Positions 37,617-51,153 of a DNA stretch of 64,000 nt are shown piece by piece. Source of the DNA: Callorhinchus milii (Eukaryota); NCBI RefSeq assembly GCF_018977255.1, contig NW_024704745.1, forward strand, positions 65,472,001 to 65,536,000, in the 5' to 3' direction. Under the pieces are notes generated by a model, which searched no databases, was not told where the DNA came from, and saw nothing but the letters and a program-made list of their open reading frames with translations. The first letter of the stretch is position 1, and every line of letters begins with the position of its first letter. A program made the translations under genes and the position numbers.

Positions 37617-38390
37617 TTTAGTAAAATAAGTTGATGATCCTCACATTTGATATATCTTTAACAAAGCGCTTCACAGGTTTAATGTAAAGTGGTGTGACTA
37701 TTTTTGTGGGGCCACAAAAGATGAAAGTAACTGCAGTGCCCTTTCATAAAAATATCTCAAAGTACCAATGTTTTATTCTATAGTAACCTTTGCACAGAGA
37801 AAGATTTAACTGGGTTTATATTGCTGCATATTTGAATGTGTATTGTTATACATTGCATATCTTTTCAGTTGTGGATGAAAATAACTGTAAAGGGACACAA
37901 ATATTAAGGTTCATTTGCAGTTGACATGTACATAGCATAAAAGGCTGATTTAATGCAGCCAGAATATCCTTGCCGCACATAAATTAATTTGCTAACTGGC
38001 TGTGAATCTTGATTGCATGTGCATTTGCTCCTGAAAGCATAGTAAATCTATATGTGTTTTTCAAATTTATTACTGCGGTAAATTTGCGTGGGACAAAATG
38101 GATTGAAAGAAATATTTCACAGTCAGTCTGGCTGCAATAAACTGGAAGTAGGAATAAATTAGCAACATAATTAAGTTTCTTCACAAGGGTGGCAATAACT
38201 GAAGCTTTGTTATTGGTTTATTCCTCGGTGTCACTCACAAGCTATAGTTCCCTTTTGGTAGGTTGAAATTCACCTTTGAAATTAAACAATAAATTCACAT
38301 TGTAGTATGATAATTGATTGCTCGCTTAAGCACTTATTGATTTTCTTCCCTCTCTCCCCTCCACCCCTCATTCTGGCATATACGCAGCAG

Positions 38391-38595
38391 ACCAGCTGAG
38401 GTGAAACTCAAACGGAAGAGAAATTACAGCAGCAGCAGCATTGGTGAAAGTGAGGAGATGCTAACGGCTCAGAAGAGGAAGAAGAGAACAAAGGACGGCA
38501 TTTACTCTGATGAGGAATATAAACCACTGGACACAGGCCTCTCTCTGGTTGAAGATGAAGAGCTGGTGCTTCATCTGTTGAGCAACAAAAGCTAA
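38391..38595 (+). CDS. ddx10: DDX10 terminal coding exon
   Basis: Polypyrimidine tract 38341-38375 and cagcag acceptor; (R)PAEVKLKRKR...YKPLDTGLSLVEDEELVLHLLSNKS* matches the DDX10 C-terminus PLDTGLSLAEDEELVLHLL as I recall it; TAA at 38593-38595. Confidence 0.95.
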
Positions 38596-39090
38596 TTGTA
38601 ATCCTTCAGTGTTTTTCTGGGTCAGTCCTTCTCTTGTGCTGGCCACGTTCTGCTATTGCAATCATGCGTGAACAGGTGGGCCCTGTCTGACAGTGATGAA
38701 TGCTGGTAGAGCAGGTTGCTGCAGATCTGTAGATGACTGCCAAGACAATATCTGCCTTACAGCGGCAAAGCAAAATGTTGCACCCACGTCAGCGAGGTTA
38801 GGTTTTTCTGGGTAATTTTGATTTTTAAAAAAAACTCATAAATTTGACAATTTATATAAAAAGTACTTTAATTATCAAGCAATATATTCATGGTTTTGTG
38901 TATAAAGAATGTTTGGAGAAACCTAATAGCCTACTGATTTATAAGCCTTCATTGTGTTGTAATAGATTTTTGTCTGCCCTTGTTCTGGATGATTGAAGTA
39001 TTCAGCTAATACAATGAAGTGACCATGTACACACAGATGCTTTGTTGGGCTTAAAAACTTAAATAAACTTGTTTTTACTGGATACAAAAC
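38596..39090 (+). other. ddx10: Probable DDX10 3' UTR
   Basis: Repeat-free sequence between the stop codon and the first canonical AATAAA; 3' end approximate. Confidence 0.6.
39062..39067 (+). promoter_or_regulatory. Candidate polyadenylation signal (AATAAA)
   Basis: First AATAAA I found after the stop codon, followed by U-rich cttgttttt. Confidence 0.65.
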
Positions 39091-39139
39091 TGCAGCATCA
39101 GGTTGAGGAATTCCACTATTAACTGCGTTATTTTCTTAG

Positions 39140-39700
39140 ACTACGACTATTTATGGGACACTGCTGTGTGCAGTTGGCTGTTGAGTTTCAACCAAAAAAC
39201 AGTTGATTCACTTTACAGTATATTCTGTGAAGCGCTTTGAGATGTCTCAACGACAGGATAAGGCGCTATATCAAATGCAAGGATTATTATTATTTTGATG
39301 GAAGGGAGAGGTGACTCCATGTATACCCTTTTACACTAGACTCCATCAGTTTGTCACAATAGTAAGCACTCTCGCGTATGGGTCAGGTGGTAGTGCATTC
39401 AAGCTCCATGTAGATACCTGAGCTGATAATCTAAAATGACATTCCAGTGTAGTACTTGAGGAGCTCTCCAATGTTAGAGGTGCCATTGTTCGGATGAGAG
39501 GGTAAGCCAAGGGCATGTCTAACTATGAAGTAAATGTTATCGATCCTATGGAAGTATTTGAAAGCGGGAAGTTTTCCTGGTCAATAATAATAATTTTTTT
39601 TCCATTCCATTCACCCACAAAATATACACATACAGTCAATTCACTTTACAGTAATATTTAGTGCTAAAGCACCATATCAAATGTGAAGATTATTATTATA
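39140..39700 (+). mobile_element. SINE 3' fragment (39140-39293) and decayed Deu-domain SINE (39340-39700)
   Basis: gggacactgctgtgtgcagttggctg...(att)n; then tgacattccagtgtagtac...gaggtgccattgttcggatgaga. Confidence 0.78.
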
Positions 39701-40394
39701 TTACTGGCAAAAAATTCTGCTGCATTTGCCTTCAAAAACAATATTGACAGTTATTACCTAAAAAGTACTTTGAGGAAATCTACCCAAAGGCAAAGCTGTG
39801 AATAACAAATAAATGGAGGAGACTAATAAAATGTTGTTTTCTCCCTTGCGATTTTAGTTCATGTGTATATGTTGCAATATACTGACAAGTTTGATATGTG
39901 TTATCTTCCTTTTGTGATTCTAGGTGAGAGGTGTAATGGGGAATGAAGCTCTATAGCATATGGGAATTGTGTTGATTCACTGCTAAAAGTAGAGAATAAA
40001 TAGGGTTTTAAATAACCATTACATACATTCTATATCTCAAATAAACTCTCCACAGCAACACCAGAATGAATTAGCTTGTGAAGGCGCTGCATTCCTTCAG
40101 ACACTAATGGCTTAAGTACGTGTTGCACATTGGGAAAGTTAGATCAAGTTGCTGCATTTATTCATTCTTTCCTTTGTCACATCCACAACATATGAGGCTG
40201 AAACATGCCATGACACTGAGGTGCTGTCCTAAACTGCAGGTGAAATCCATTTGTTCATCAGTGTCATTCTCAGCTTTAAATATCTTGCTGCATTGGAACA
40301 TATTGCAGATTCTTATTCTGAATTAGTGCTTTTTGAAATGCTTAAGAATATTCCACACCATATTGAAATCCACACATGTATTCATGGAGCTCTT

Positions 40395-40665
40395 CCACCT
40401 GAAACGACACATATAAAAGTACATCATGGAAATTTTCCTGTGTCTGGCATGGAATGGGCGATCTCACCATGGAGGGACTCACCATGGTTACACTTCTGGA
40501 GAAAGTGCATGTTGGCAAGAGCCAAGGTTTGGGAATGTCAGAATGGTGCTGTGGTTTAACCAACTGCCCATTGAGAGCACTGTCTGGTAAGCTTTCTGCT
40601 GCTTGTCCAGCTTATAACCACCTTACCTGTTAGGCCTTTGACTTGCAGGATTAACAGAAGTTAAA
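40395..40665 (+). repeat. Unclassified repeat, copy 4 (partial)
   Basis: catggaaatttt...ggaatgg...ggcaagagccaaggtttgggaa...gcactgtctggtaagctttc...gacttgcaggattaacagaag. Confidence 0.75.
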
Positions 40666-40719
40666 GAATTGTGTTGTGTACTTTGTCATAATGATATGAT
40701 AATCTCATGTTTCAACTCT

Positions 40720-42130
40720 ACAACCAGGAACAACTTGTATTCATATAGCACCCTTCACATGAGGTAGTGTCTTGGAGTGCTTAACAGTGATGGAGCTTGA
40801 CATTGATCCAGGGAGAGAGAGAGAGAGAGTAGGTGACCGTAGGCACGATCGAAAAGGAAGGTCTTCAAGTATTATCTGAAAACAAGGAAGACAGAAGGAT
40901 TGAGGTAGTTTCAAAGTCTTGGGTGAAATGGCTGAAAGCACAGCCCCTGATGGGTGAGCGGAGGGAATGAGGGAAGTGAAGGAGTTGGGCATAAGCAGGT
41001 CGGAGAGAACAGAGATGCCATGGTATGAAGTGATTTGTGTGTTGGTGTAAGGATTTTGAAATCGATCCATTCTGCAATAGGGAGCCAGAGAAACCTGGGA
41101 TGATGGGGTATGGAGTTTAGTATGGGAGAGGAGTTTTAAATTAATTGGATTTTATGAATGGTGGAGCTGAGGAGACTGGGAGGAGGGCATTGGGAAAATA
41201 GAGGCACGAGATAACAAATACGTGGATAAGTGTTTCAGCTACATTGGGCATGAGGTATGGTTGGAGGTAGGCAATGTGGCAGATGTGAAGGAAGTAGTCT
41301 TGGTTTGGGATTCGATGTGCAGTGGAAAGGACAGCTGGGGATTGAACCAGATGCCTCAATTGTGCACTGGGTCAGTGAGTCTGAGCAATAGGCCAGGGAA
41401 GCTAAGAAGGTCAAAGTTGCATGTGAAAAGATGTCGATGGGAGCCAAGGAGTATGGCTTCCATTTTGTCAAAAATGAGCTGCAGAAGTTAGCGCTCATGC
41501 AGACCATAATGTCTGATAAGCAAGTGAACAGAACATCAGTGGACCTGGATCACGACTAGAAGAGGGAAAATAAATTTGGGTGTCATTCTATATGTGTGGA
41601 AGTTGACCCCATGTCTCTGGATGTCATCATTGAGAGAGAGCATGTAAATAAGAAAAAGGAGGGGGCCAAGAATAAAACCTTGGGGTACAGTACAGGCCTG
41701 GGGCAGGAGGAGAAACAGTTGGCCAGTCAAAGTGATGGTGGTGAGTCAAATAGGACTCGAACCACTGAGGTAGATAAGGGAGGAGAGGTGGTTGAAGAAA
41801 TGGCATGTTCGACTGTGATGAGGACAAGTAGGCAGAGAGAGCTTTGGTCCAGAGATATGGAGGATGTCATTTGTGACTTTGATGAATTCTGTCTCGGTGC
41901 TATGGGAACGGTGGAAGCCAGATTGGAGGTTCCTCGAATAGAAGGAAAGATGTGAGTGACGTTGGTTGTAACAACGCCCACCAAGGCATTCCAGGACTTC
42001 AGGTTATGGGCAAGTTTAAGATTGTTTAGTAGTTTGCAAAATTAGAAACATCAAAGATGTCTTTTTTTTAGGTAGGGGTGATGACGGCTGTTTTGTGGGG
42101 GAGAAGGCTGGGGCCTGAGGAGAGTGACAT
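40720..42130 (-). mobile_element. Older L2 LINE, ~1.4 kb, decayed RT
   Basis: [27 protein letters not shown] (ORF 41536..41730) and AETLIHVFVIS.L.F.NALL (ORF 41141..41359). Confidence 0.9.
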
Positions 42131-43869
42131 GTTAACTGTCTGCCAGATGCTTAACCACTAAAACCATCCCAACAACTAGTTGACATTTCCAGATTCAAAA
42201 GAACTGAGTTTGCATTAAGCAGACTGTGCCACCTCAGCATGGCACTGAACAGAACCCATGAATAATGTTCCCTTTTACTGGAAACTATCAGGTTACTTAT
42301 TGCTGCAGTAACTAACATGCTTATCCAGCAGCACAATGCCCTTCTCCATCAATATCAGCGTGCATCATTTTTAGGAGACCATTTTCTGCTCTGCCAGTTC
42401 TTGATTCACCACTGTATGTGATTAAGTGCATTCAACTGGGCTACAGAAAGCAGAGTCCCTTGTGCCTTGTTTCAAACAGGCTTGGTTGATACAATGGCTA
42501 AACTGGATACTAACATTAAATGTGGTTAGGTTATTTGATATAATCTTTCAAAGTCACTTGGCTTTCCTTCATGTTGTGGAATAGATCACATGGAGTTGTA
42601 ATTTATGCAGTATGTGATCTGTTTTCATCCCTTTAACAAAAAGAAGAATCACTGCAGCTGCGAAAATAATGTTTGTGGCACATGTACACAGTATAATGGA
42701 TGAGGATAAAATGCAGGCATAAGTGAGCAATCCTTTAGTTTGGCTTGTTAATAATCATACTTAGAAATGTAAGCAAACAAGCTTAGTTTGAAATAATTCT
42801 GGCAAAGTACAGAGGTAAAATGTACAATCCCTATTGTATTAAAAACTGAAATAATGCTAACTACAGTAGATGCTTTATAGAATTACACATCGTATTAATG
42901 TTACAGGCACCAAGAAAATTCCCTTGATCCTAAAAAGCACAGAGATGTGTGCCTGATGACTTCATGAGGTTATCAAAAGCAGAAGGAAACATGAAAGACT
43001 GTTAGAGAAAATTTTGGGAATGGCCAAGTAGTGTCCAAAATACCATGAGATTACAGTCACACGGGGCAAGGCTCAAAATCCTGTAGACAACCACCTTTAT
43101 ACCTTTTTAACGTTATGCAGTGAAGGGCACAGTCTGCTGCAGCATTTCCTCTGAGAATTTAAAGCATGACAGTGACATCACACAAAGGTAATGGACGACC
43201 TACACAAAATTCTCTCCATCATTTATTACTATAAACATGGCATCTCTTAATGGTGTTCACTGAGCAGATGTTTTCTTAGGTTTTTTTAGACCTGGATTAT
43301 TCCCTCTAGATCATAGTGCAGGTTGTGCCCCCAAATCCACAGCGACACATTAGCTTTGGGTGTTGGGCAGAGATCTATGCAGTGGGAGCAGCCAGTGCAG
43401 GTCGAATTAATGAAAGCACTTATCCTTTGTACAAGAGTTGCCTTATAACACTTACAGGAGTTTGTTGCAGCAGGAGGAACATTTCACTGGTGTTGCCAAG
43501 GTTAAACAGATACCACACACGTCGTGAGCCAGGATTTTGATCTTTGCTCTTTTCAGAAGCAAACATTACCAAGATCACAGGTTTTGGATTGCTTGATGAA
43601 TCTAGGCCAGAACAGGGTCTGCATCATTCTAATTATAATTACATCATTTGCTAAACTATCAAAGAAATTCATTAATTAATACCTTGTGTCATATAATTTT
43701 ATTGAATTAGTAAAATTGATAGGCAAGGATTGTCTTATTGGACAGCTGAGCACACCTTAATTGACACCACTATACAGTGGCATTTTGTAGGACCTTGTGA
43801 TCTATCACATGGCAGAACTAAGGGATGCAGATTGACTAGCAGAGTATTTGCGTGCACAATGAATATACC

Positions 43870-44170
43870 TTGATATTTCAGTACAGTACTGGGGAAGGAC
43901 TGCACTGTTGGACGTGCCATCTTTCAGAAGAGACATTAAATCGAGGTTCCTTCTGCTCCAGTGTGCGTTAAAGATCACGCAGCACTATTTGAAAGGGAAA
44001 GGAGTTTCTCCCAATGTCTTGGCCAATAATCCTCCAGATAAATTGTTCATTATTGGATCTGGCTGTGCACAAAATGGCTGCCTCATTTGTCTACAATATT
44101 TGCCTTAAATTACGGTGCAGTGTTTTGAGATGTTTTAACATCATAAAGTCCTATAAAAATGCATTGCTTT
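43870..44170 (+). mobile_element. Deu-domain SINE
   Basis: cagtacagtactgggg...gtgccatctttcagaagagacattaaatcgagg...gtttctcccaatgtcttggccaat. Confidence 0.8.
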
Positions 44171-46091
44171 CTCTTATTTCTCCCTCAGATGCAAAATGTT
44201 TCATCAAATGGCCTAACTGAGAACAGGCAAAATCCAGAACACACGTGGCTGTCAATTCTGAGCAGGTGACACACCTCGTAATAGTAATTATGTAAACTAC
44301 TCTGATGCTAATGTGCCAACAGACCACTTGCCAAGAGTCCATTGAGTCACACCTTGAAGAAAAATTATTTACATGGCATTTTTTAACTTGAATCTTGTTG
44401 TTGAATCTTTGGAACACAAATCAATAACAAAATGCATTTATAATATATAGTGCCCTTCACATATGATGAACGTCTTAAGTGGTGAAATAGAGGAAGTGAA
44501 GAGTGAACAGTAATCTGGAGTAAAGAGACTACGCAGGAGAATAGGACTGAAGAAGATGGCAAAAGTAGGGTGGAGCAAGATTATGATTAGGGTGGATAAT
44601 ATATGAAATTCTTAGGCTTATTATACTAGATGTATCAGATTTATGCTCACATTAAATATGAATAATTATAACCTTTTTTAAACTACAACCTTGCCATTTT
44701 ATTGAACAAAATAAATCTAAAGGCTTACATAGTAATAATCCTTATATTTGGTGTAGTGGCTTTCAGGTTGGGAGGATGTTTCAAAGCACGTCACGGGATT
44801 TACTGTAAACTGTAGTGACTGTTTTGTGGGAGAATGTACTGTTAGGAGATAGATAAAAGATTTAAAATGAAACAGGTATAACACAATGGAACGTTATGAA
44901 TCATTCCCAAGCCTCTTTGGCATATGTTCACAGGCAGAAAAAGACAACAATGTGAAAAAGATACTGCCTTGCTTGTGACTTTGGAAAGCCAGCTCTTGGA
45001 TAACTTCCCCAGGTAATTTAGACCGGCAAATTAATCTTCAAATTAGCATCTAACTGTAATCTTTTAGAATTCTGTACATTAACATTACTTCTTTTCATGA
45101 ACAATTATATAATTTGAATAAAACTCTTTTACCTCATGAGCTTTAGTTTGTAAAAGGTAGAGTAGTTATTGCTGGCAGATAGCTCCCACTTGCATTACTT
45201 CTAACCACAGTCTCTGGTTTATTTTCTGGTGATCTAATCATCTTCATTCAAGTGAGCAACAGAGAGTGAGTTCAACCCCACTCACGTAATCTCCTAATGA
45301 ACAGGGTTTGACATTTCCCCAAAATAATGGTGCTGCACTTGGTGCTGGTTGCTGGGAAGCAGGCAGGAATATGGTTCTTCTCTCTCAAGTAACTGTCCTT
45401 ACTTAGTGCCATCTCACTGTTGTGATGCTGTTCAGATTACACAGCCCATCAACACAGAAGCACGTTGATATTGGGAGCTCTGGTGAATGTGGGTTGTCCC
45501 ATTCCATGCCACCTGCATTAGTTATTCACTATATATCGTGCCAGGAAACTACCTGATCATTGATGTTTTAAGATTTACTGCCTCTGTATTGGAGGGTTTC
45601 CTTACTACGAGTATGGTAATACTTCTGATCATTCTCTATCGAGCTCCGGTTGACTTAGTAACTCCCTGATTTACAATACAAATTGACTGGGTCTATGTTG
45701 TGCACGATTCCAACCTTAGTAAGTACTATTTGGTGTGACCTTTTCTTAAATTACAACTGTGACACTGATGCAGTGCATGCTATTACCAAACCGGAGACAA
45801 GATCATCGGGCATCTGACTTTGGAGTGACTTTAAGCATTTTCTTTGCAATTGCAAAAACAGGCATAGCCAAAAAAAAACAATCTATTTGTGCAAAGGGAA
45901 TACTGTATACAATCTTTTGAATTGATGTGTAAACATTATGCTAAATACTAAAACTTTGTAATTATCTTTTCTCCTCTCAACATACCTACAGACTCATACA
46001 ATCTTCAAAAGTTGACACCATCAAAGAAGGTCTATAAACCCATTATATCTGCTCTCCCACTGAAGTTGTGCACTCTCATCCCATTCTCCTG

Positions 46092-46330
46092 ATGACAGCC
46101 TGGCTCAGTTGATAGCAATCTCACCTGAGTCACAAGGTTGTAGGTTCAAGCACCAAGTCAGCACTTTGATCTCCCAGGCTCTAGGCTGACACTCCAGTAC
46201 AGTGCTAGTGGAGTATCGCATTGTTTGAGGTGCTGTCCTTTAAACCAAGTCTCAACTGTCTGTTCAGGTGGACATTAAAGATCTCATGACAGTATTCTAA
46301 AAGAGTTTCTCCTGGGTTCCTGGCCAACAA
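46092..46330 (+). mobile_element. Deu-domain SINE 5' part with tRNA-like head
   Basis: cagcctggctcagttgatagc...ggttgtaggttcaagc...gctgacactccagtacagtgct...ttcaggtggacattaaagatctcatg. Confidence 0.82.
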
Positions 46331-46334
46331 AACT

Positions 46335-46605
46335 GATCTGGAGGGGGATGACCATAGGCACGGTCGATTAGGAAGGTCTTCAGGCGTGACTTGAAGATGG
46401 GGAAGGAAGGGGCAAGGCAGAGGGATAAAGGAAGAGTGCCAATGGTAGAACGGAGGGCACCAAGGGAAATGCAGAAGGCCGGAGCCCGTCGAGCGGAGGT
46501 AGCGGGTTGTGGGTTAGGGGGTAAGCAGGAGAGGTAGGGAGGGGCCAGGGGATGAAGGGATTTGAAAACGAGTGTGAGGGTCTTGAAATCGATCCATTCG
46601 GTAAT
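46335..46605 (-). mobile_element. L2 3' fragment
   Basis: ggcacggtcgattaggaaggtcttcagg...ggagcccgtcgagcggagg...gggtcttgaaatcgatcc. Confidence 0.75.
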
Positions 46606-46712
46606 AGGGTAAAACTGGTGTCAAATGCTGTTATGACTTCAACAGTTGCTTGTGACAAGATGTCACATTCTAATGACCTGTGTGTTTGTATCAACAAAAG
46701 TCTAACCTTCAT

Positions 46713-47085
46713 TAATAATAATAATCCTTGCATTTGATATAGCGCTTTTCATGTCTTCTAGTCGTCTCAAAGAGCTTCACAGAATATGCTGCAAAGTGAA
46801 TTGACCGTATATTTGTGGGTGAAACACGGCAGCCAATTGCACACAGCAGTATCCCACAAACAGTCATGGGTTGAAAATGACCAATTTATTATTGTTTCTT
46901 GGAGGGATTATTATGTATTATGTATTATGCACTCTCAATTATAAGACTTTTGAAAGTTTAGATTGAATAATAATAATAATCCTTGCAGTTACTTGCTTTA
47001 TCATGTTGTTGAGATGTCTCAGAGCTCTTCAGAGAATATGTTGTAAAGTGGATTGAATGTGTATTTTGTGGGTGAAACTTTGTGG
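46713..47085 (-). mobile_element. Two tandem SINE 3' fragments
   Basis: Two (aat)n-ccttgca tails with the ggcagccaattgcacacagc body. Confidence 0.82.
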
Positions 47086-48284
47086 GCAAATAATGAGAAC
47101 TTTCACTTATATTACATCTTTCATATAAATATGTATAAAATCCAGTGAAGTGCTTTGAGACATGATAAGGCACAATATCAGATGTAAGGAATATTTATTT
47201 ATTGTCTCAAACCACATTTGCTTCCAAATAGTTTGCCTGCACCTATTCAGTGATCACTTACTCTCTCTCTCAGAATGACAAGCAGTGTTTCACAAATGTC
47301 TTGCTTTTATCTCTACGTTTATTAGAATTTATTGTCTTCAGCTTCTAAAGCCTCCCTGGTAATATTCCAAGGATATTAATTATATTTTATCTACTAAAAC
47401 CTGGCATTCGTTACCTGAATTCAGGAACTAATGGCCTGCCTCAAATATTGAAGAAAACTGTCCTGCATGATATGATTTATGACTATTATTCTAGTGAAGT
47501 GATATACCTTTGTGGTGGGCTTTGTGTCAAAAGTGGAAAATACCTATTTAAAATTTAGACTGATGAATTAAAAACATAATCAACCAGTAAGGCATCATGG
47601 AAATGCTACTATTCATCCAATTATTTATAACGCTCTCAGGATAACATACTTAATAATGACACTCATTAATACACTTTTAAAGTCAGCCAGCCGGTATATG
47701 TCTGAATGCCTTAGGAATATAGCCAGAAGAGTCTAATCTTCATTCTGAATTGGTCCCTTATCTTATGCACAGACCAGTTTCACCATCTGGTTTAAGAATT
47801 CATAAAGGACAAGCTGTATAATTCTAAAAACATTAGGAGCTAATTTACAGTATTTAACAAATTTCTATGTACAATGTTGCTTAACAAATTTCAGTTAAAT
47901 TTGTTTTTATTTTGCCACATGAGGTTTCAGCTCCAATGAGAACTTAAGTCCTTACAAAAGTCTTGCAGATCTTCCTGTCATACAGGGGATAGATAAGCAG
48001 TAGAAAATACTGTTGACATCCTAAATGCTTTTTCCAGTTGTCATAAAGAGCTGTCGCCACTTGGGTCCTTTTAAAATTCACTAAATCTGTGTTTCTAGCA
48101 TCTCAAACTATGTTGAGATATAAAAAGTAAAATACTTATGTATTGTGACCCTCATACCCAATGTGTTCCTCTTATTTGAATTATTCTTAAGTAAGGTTTC
48201 ACCCCAAAATACACAGTCACTTTATAATATGTTCTGTGAAGTGCTTTGAGACGTCCCAACGATGTGATAAGGTGCTGTATCAAT

Positions 48285-48634
48285 AATAATAACATAATAA
48301 TCCTTGCATTTGATATAGCGCTTTTCATGTCTTCTAGACGTCTCAAAGTACTTCACAGAATATACTGTATATTTGTGGGTGAAATCCGGCAGCCAATTGC
48401 ATACAGCAGTGTCCCACAAACAGTCGTGGATTGAGTAACCAAATTATTATTTTTTTTGAGGGATTATTATCCCCAGAAAAGCGATCCACCAATCGACTAA
48501 CAACCAGGTTCCTACTTACTGCTGGGCAAACAGAGGCGTGTGGAGTAAGGAAACTTGGCCAACATTTCACCCTGCCGCGAATAGGTCTCTCACTTGCGAG
48601 GCGAGTGCTCTAACCACTGAGCTACAGGACTCCA
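48285..48634 (-). mobile_element. tRNA-derived SINE (long subfamily), full length
   Basis: Head tggagtcctgtagctcagtggttagagcactcgcctcgcaag; extra segment ctctgtttgcccagcagtaagtaggaacctgg...gatcgcttttctgggg. Confidence 0.92.
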
Positions 48635-48702
48635 TTTAAAGGTAACACATTAAGCGGCTGCTCTTCGTATATGTTGGAGAGTTTTTATGACATGGTTTTA
48701 CC

Positions 48703-48992
48703 ATAGAAATATTGAATTATACAGTACAGAGGGAGGCCATTTGATCCATCTTGTCTGTGCCGGCTCTTTGAAAAGAGCTATCCAAATCAATCCCACTCCC
48801 CCGCGCTCTCCCCATAGCTCTGCAAATGTGACCACCCCAAATAATTATCTACTTCTCTCTTAAAAGTTGTTATCGAATCGGCTTCCAACACCCTTTCAGG
48901 CAATGCATTCCAGATCCGAACAACTCGCTGTGTGAAAAAAATTCTCCTCACCTCCCCTCTGTTTATAGAATCATAGAATTATACAGCACAGA
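48703..48992 (-). mobile_element. CR1 3' end (young), with a second short tail remnant
   Basis: Closely similar to the reverse complement of 11772-12036; extra atagaatcatagaattatacagcacaga at ~48965-48992. Confidence 0.9.
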
Positions 48993-48994
48993 AT

Positions 48995-49155
48995 GTGTGG
49001 GGGTTGATTCAGGGGGTATCACAGCTGAGCCTGTTTAAGGAGTACTAATCCCAAAGTGGGATCCCTGGTCGACTGACCCTCCCGCGCCCCCTCACTCACT
49101 CACTCACAATGCTAAGGCCAACTGCCCCATGTCAGATCAGACCTCAAAGGTTCTT
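48995..49155 (-). mobile_element. Possible AmnSINE2-like fragment
   Basis: gggggtatcacagctgagcctg and ctaaggccaactg...agatcag resemble the reverse complement of AmnSINE2. Confidence 0.45.
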
Positions 49156-50089
49156 ACTTTGTAAAGCTCTCTTCTATACTACGCTGCACATTTACCCATT
49201 GAGGTTTTGATCACAATGTCTCTAATGCCTTGTAATTGTCGTCTTGTGATTTGAACAATGATGGTCAGTCATATCCTCACAAATGCAAGGATTATTATTT
49301 ATTATTATTATTACTACCCAACTATACTCAACAACAGCACTAAATTACATTTGATTAGTGTTTTCATATTGGGAGGACGTCCCAAGGCACTGGTACTTGC
49401 ATTGTCCCAGAGACTTGCCGTGTCCTCCCAATGTGAAAGACGATATCAATGCCATTTGTTGTTGTTTCCATAAGGACTTTGCAGCATGTCTTCAGTCTCT
49501 AAAATATTCTCAATCGTGTAAGGGACAGACTGACCCCCACTTCTGAGATCACAAAGACTTGCTACACTTCACTGACCCCGAAGGACTTGAAAATGGAAGA
49601 ATCACCTGTGAAGGTATAAGTTCAAGAGTTCAAGTTTCTTGAAATTGAATGGAAAATTATCTCAGTGCTTTGCAAAATTATTGGGCAATTAAAAAACAGA
49701 AGGTGATAGTGAATGAAGAGCTCTGTCTATGCACGCTTATTATTGATATTCCTCAGGGGTCTATTTTGATTTCCTGCTGTTCATGCTATTCATAACAGTA
49801 TTTTTAATAATATTATACAATTTGACAATGTCGCAAACTGTATGGTTGGTTGAGCAGCATGAGAGGGATTGACAGAATTTATGGAATAACTGCTCGATAT
49901 TTAAAGAATGTTCGATGGAGATTAATGCGGATAAATGTACACATTGGTGGAAGTAATGTGTGAACATAACAGAGATACCACTTAGCAAAAATGGAAAAGG
50001 CTTTGAGTGTGATTATCACTCATTCCATTTCCATGCAATATAATTCTTATCAATAAAGTTAATCAAATACATTATTCTAGCCATGTATA

Positions 50090-50490
50090 GAGTCTGAGTC
50101 AGAAGTCAGAAGATTGTAGGTTCAAGCTCCACTTTAAGAATTTGAACTCACATAGTTAGGTTGACATTGCAGTGCATAGCTGGGGGAGAGCTGCATTGTT
50201 TGAGGTACTTTCTTGAGATAAGATGTTAAACAAAGGATCTGCCTACTTGTTCAGGTGGATGTTAAAGGTACCATTGGCATTATTCAAAAAGAGAAGGGAG
50301 TTTATCCAATGTGTCAACAACAGAACCTCAAATACAATTCACTTCATGGCTGTTTGTGGGATATTGCTGTGTGTAAATTGGCAGCTACATTTATCTACAA
50401 AATACACAGTCACTGCACTTTACAATAAATCCTATGAAGCACTTTGAGACCTCCCCTTTGATGTGAATGGTGCTACATCAAATGCAAGGG
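50090..50490 (+). mobile_element. Deu-domain SINE
   Basis: ctgagtcagaag...gtaggttcaagctccact...ttcaggtggatgttaaagg...gctgtttgtgggatattgctgtgtgtaaattggc. Confidence 0.82.
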
Positions 50491-50924
50491 TTTTCATGAT
50501 TAGAATAGTGTGTTTGAGTTTACCCACCCTACTTTCAAAACGATATTGATGTGTTGGAGAGAGAGAGTTCAAATAAGAACAATGATTCTGGGAACTACAA
50601 CCCTGAATTATGAGAGAGATACTGAGCTGGACTTGATTTGATTGAAGAAAATAAGATTAGAGAAAACATGATCCAGTTCCTTAAAAGGGAGAGAAGCATA
50701 ATGTTGATCTAAGCAGCTTGTTTAACTTGGATTGACTCCCAATGCAAACAGTTAATTGTTTGTCGATTAACTCATTTAAAATAGAGCTAAATCAATATCT
50801 GGTTAGGAAGTGGTTTGAAAGTTATTGGGATGATCAAGTACTTCTTCGAATAACCTGTATTCTGTGCTACTGAAATGGTGTCTGTAAAGAGTGATGCCCC
50901 AGGGTTAAGTAATGTAAATGGTAA

Positions 50925-51090
50925 GATCAGATAAGACTTGGGGGAATTGGATAGGTACTTGAAAAGAAAAAAATGCAAGACTATGAGTAAGAACGGAGGA
51001 GTGGGACTAGTTGGGTAGCTCTTTCAAAGAGCCGGCACAGGCACAAAGGGCTGAATGGCCTCCTTCTGTGCTGTGTAAGATTCTATGTTT
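50925..51090 (+). mobile_element. CR1 3' end
   Basis: ggaattggataggtacttgaaaag...ctctttcaaagagccggcacagg...gaatggcctccttctgtgctgt. Confidence 0.85.
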
Positions 51091-51153
51091 CTAGTGGAGT
51101 TTCTTAGAAGATTGAACAAAGCAGGTAGATTCCATATCAGGCTGAACCAATGA

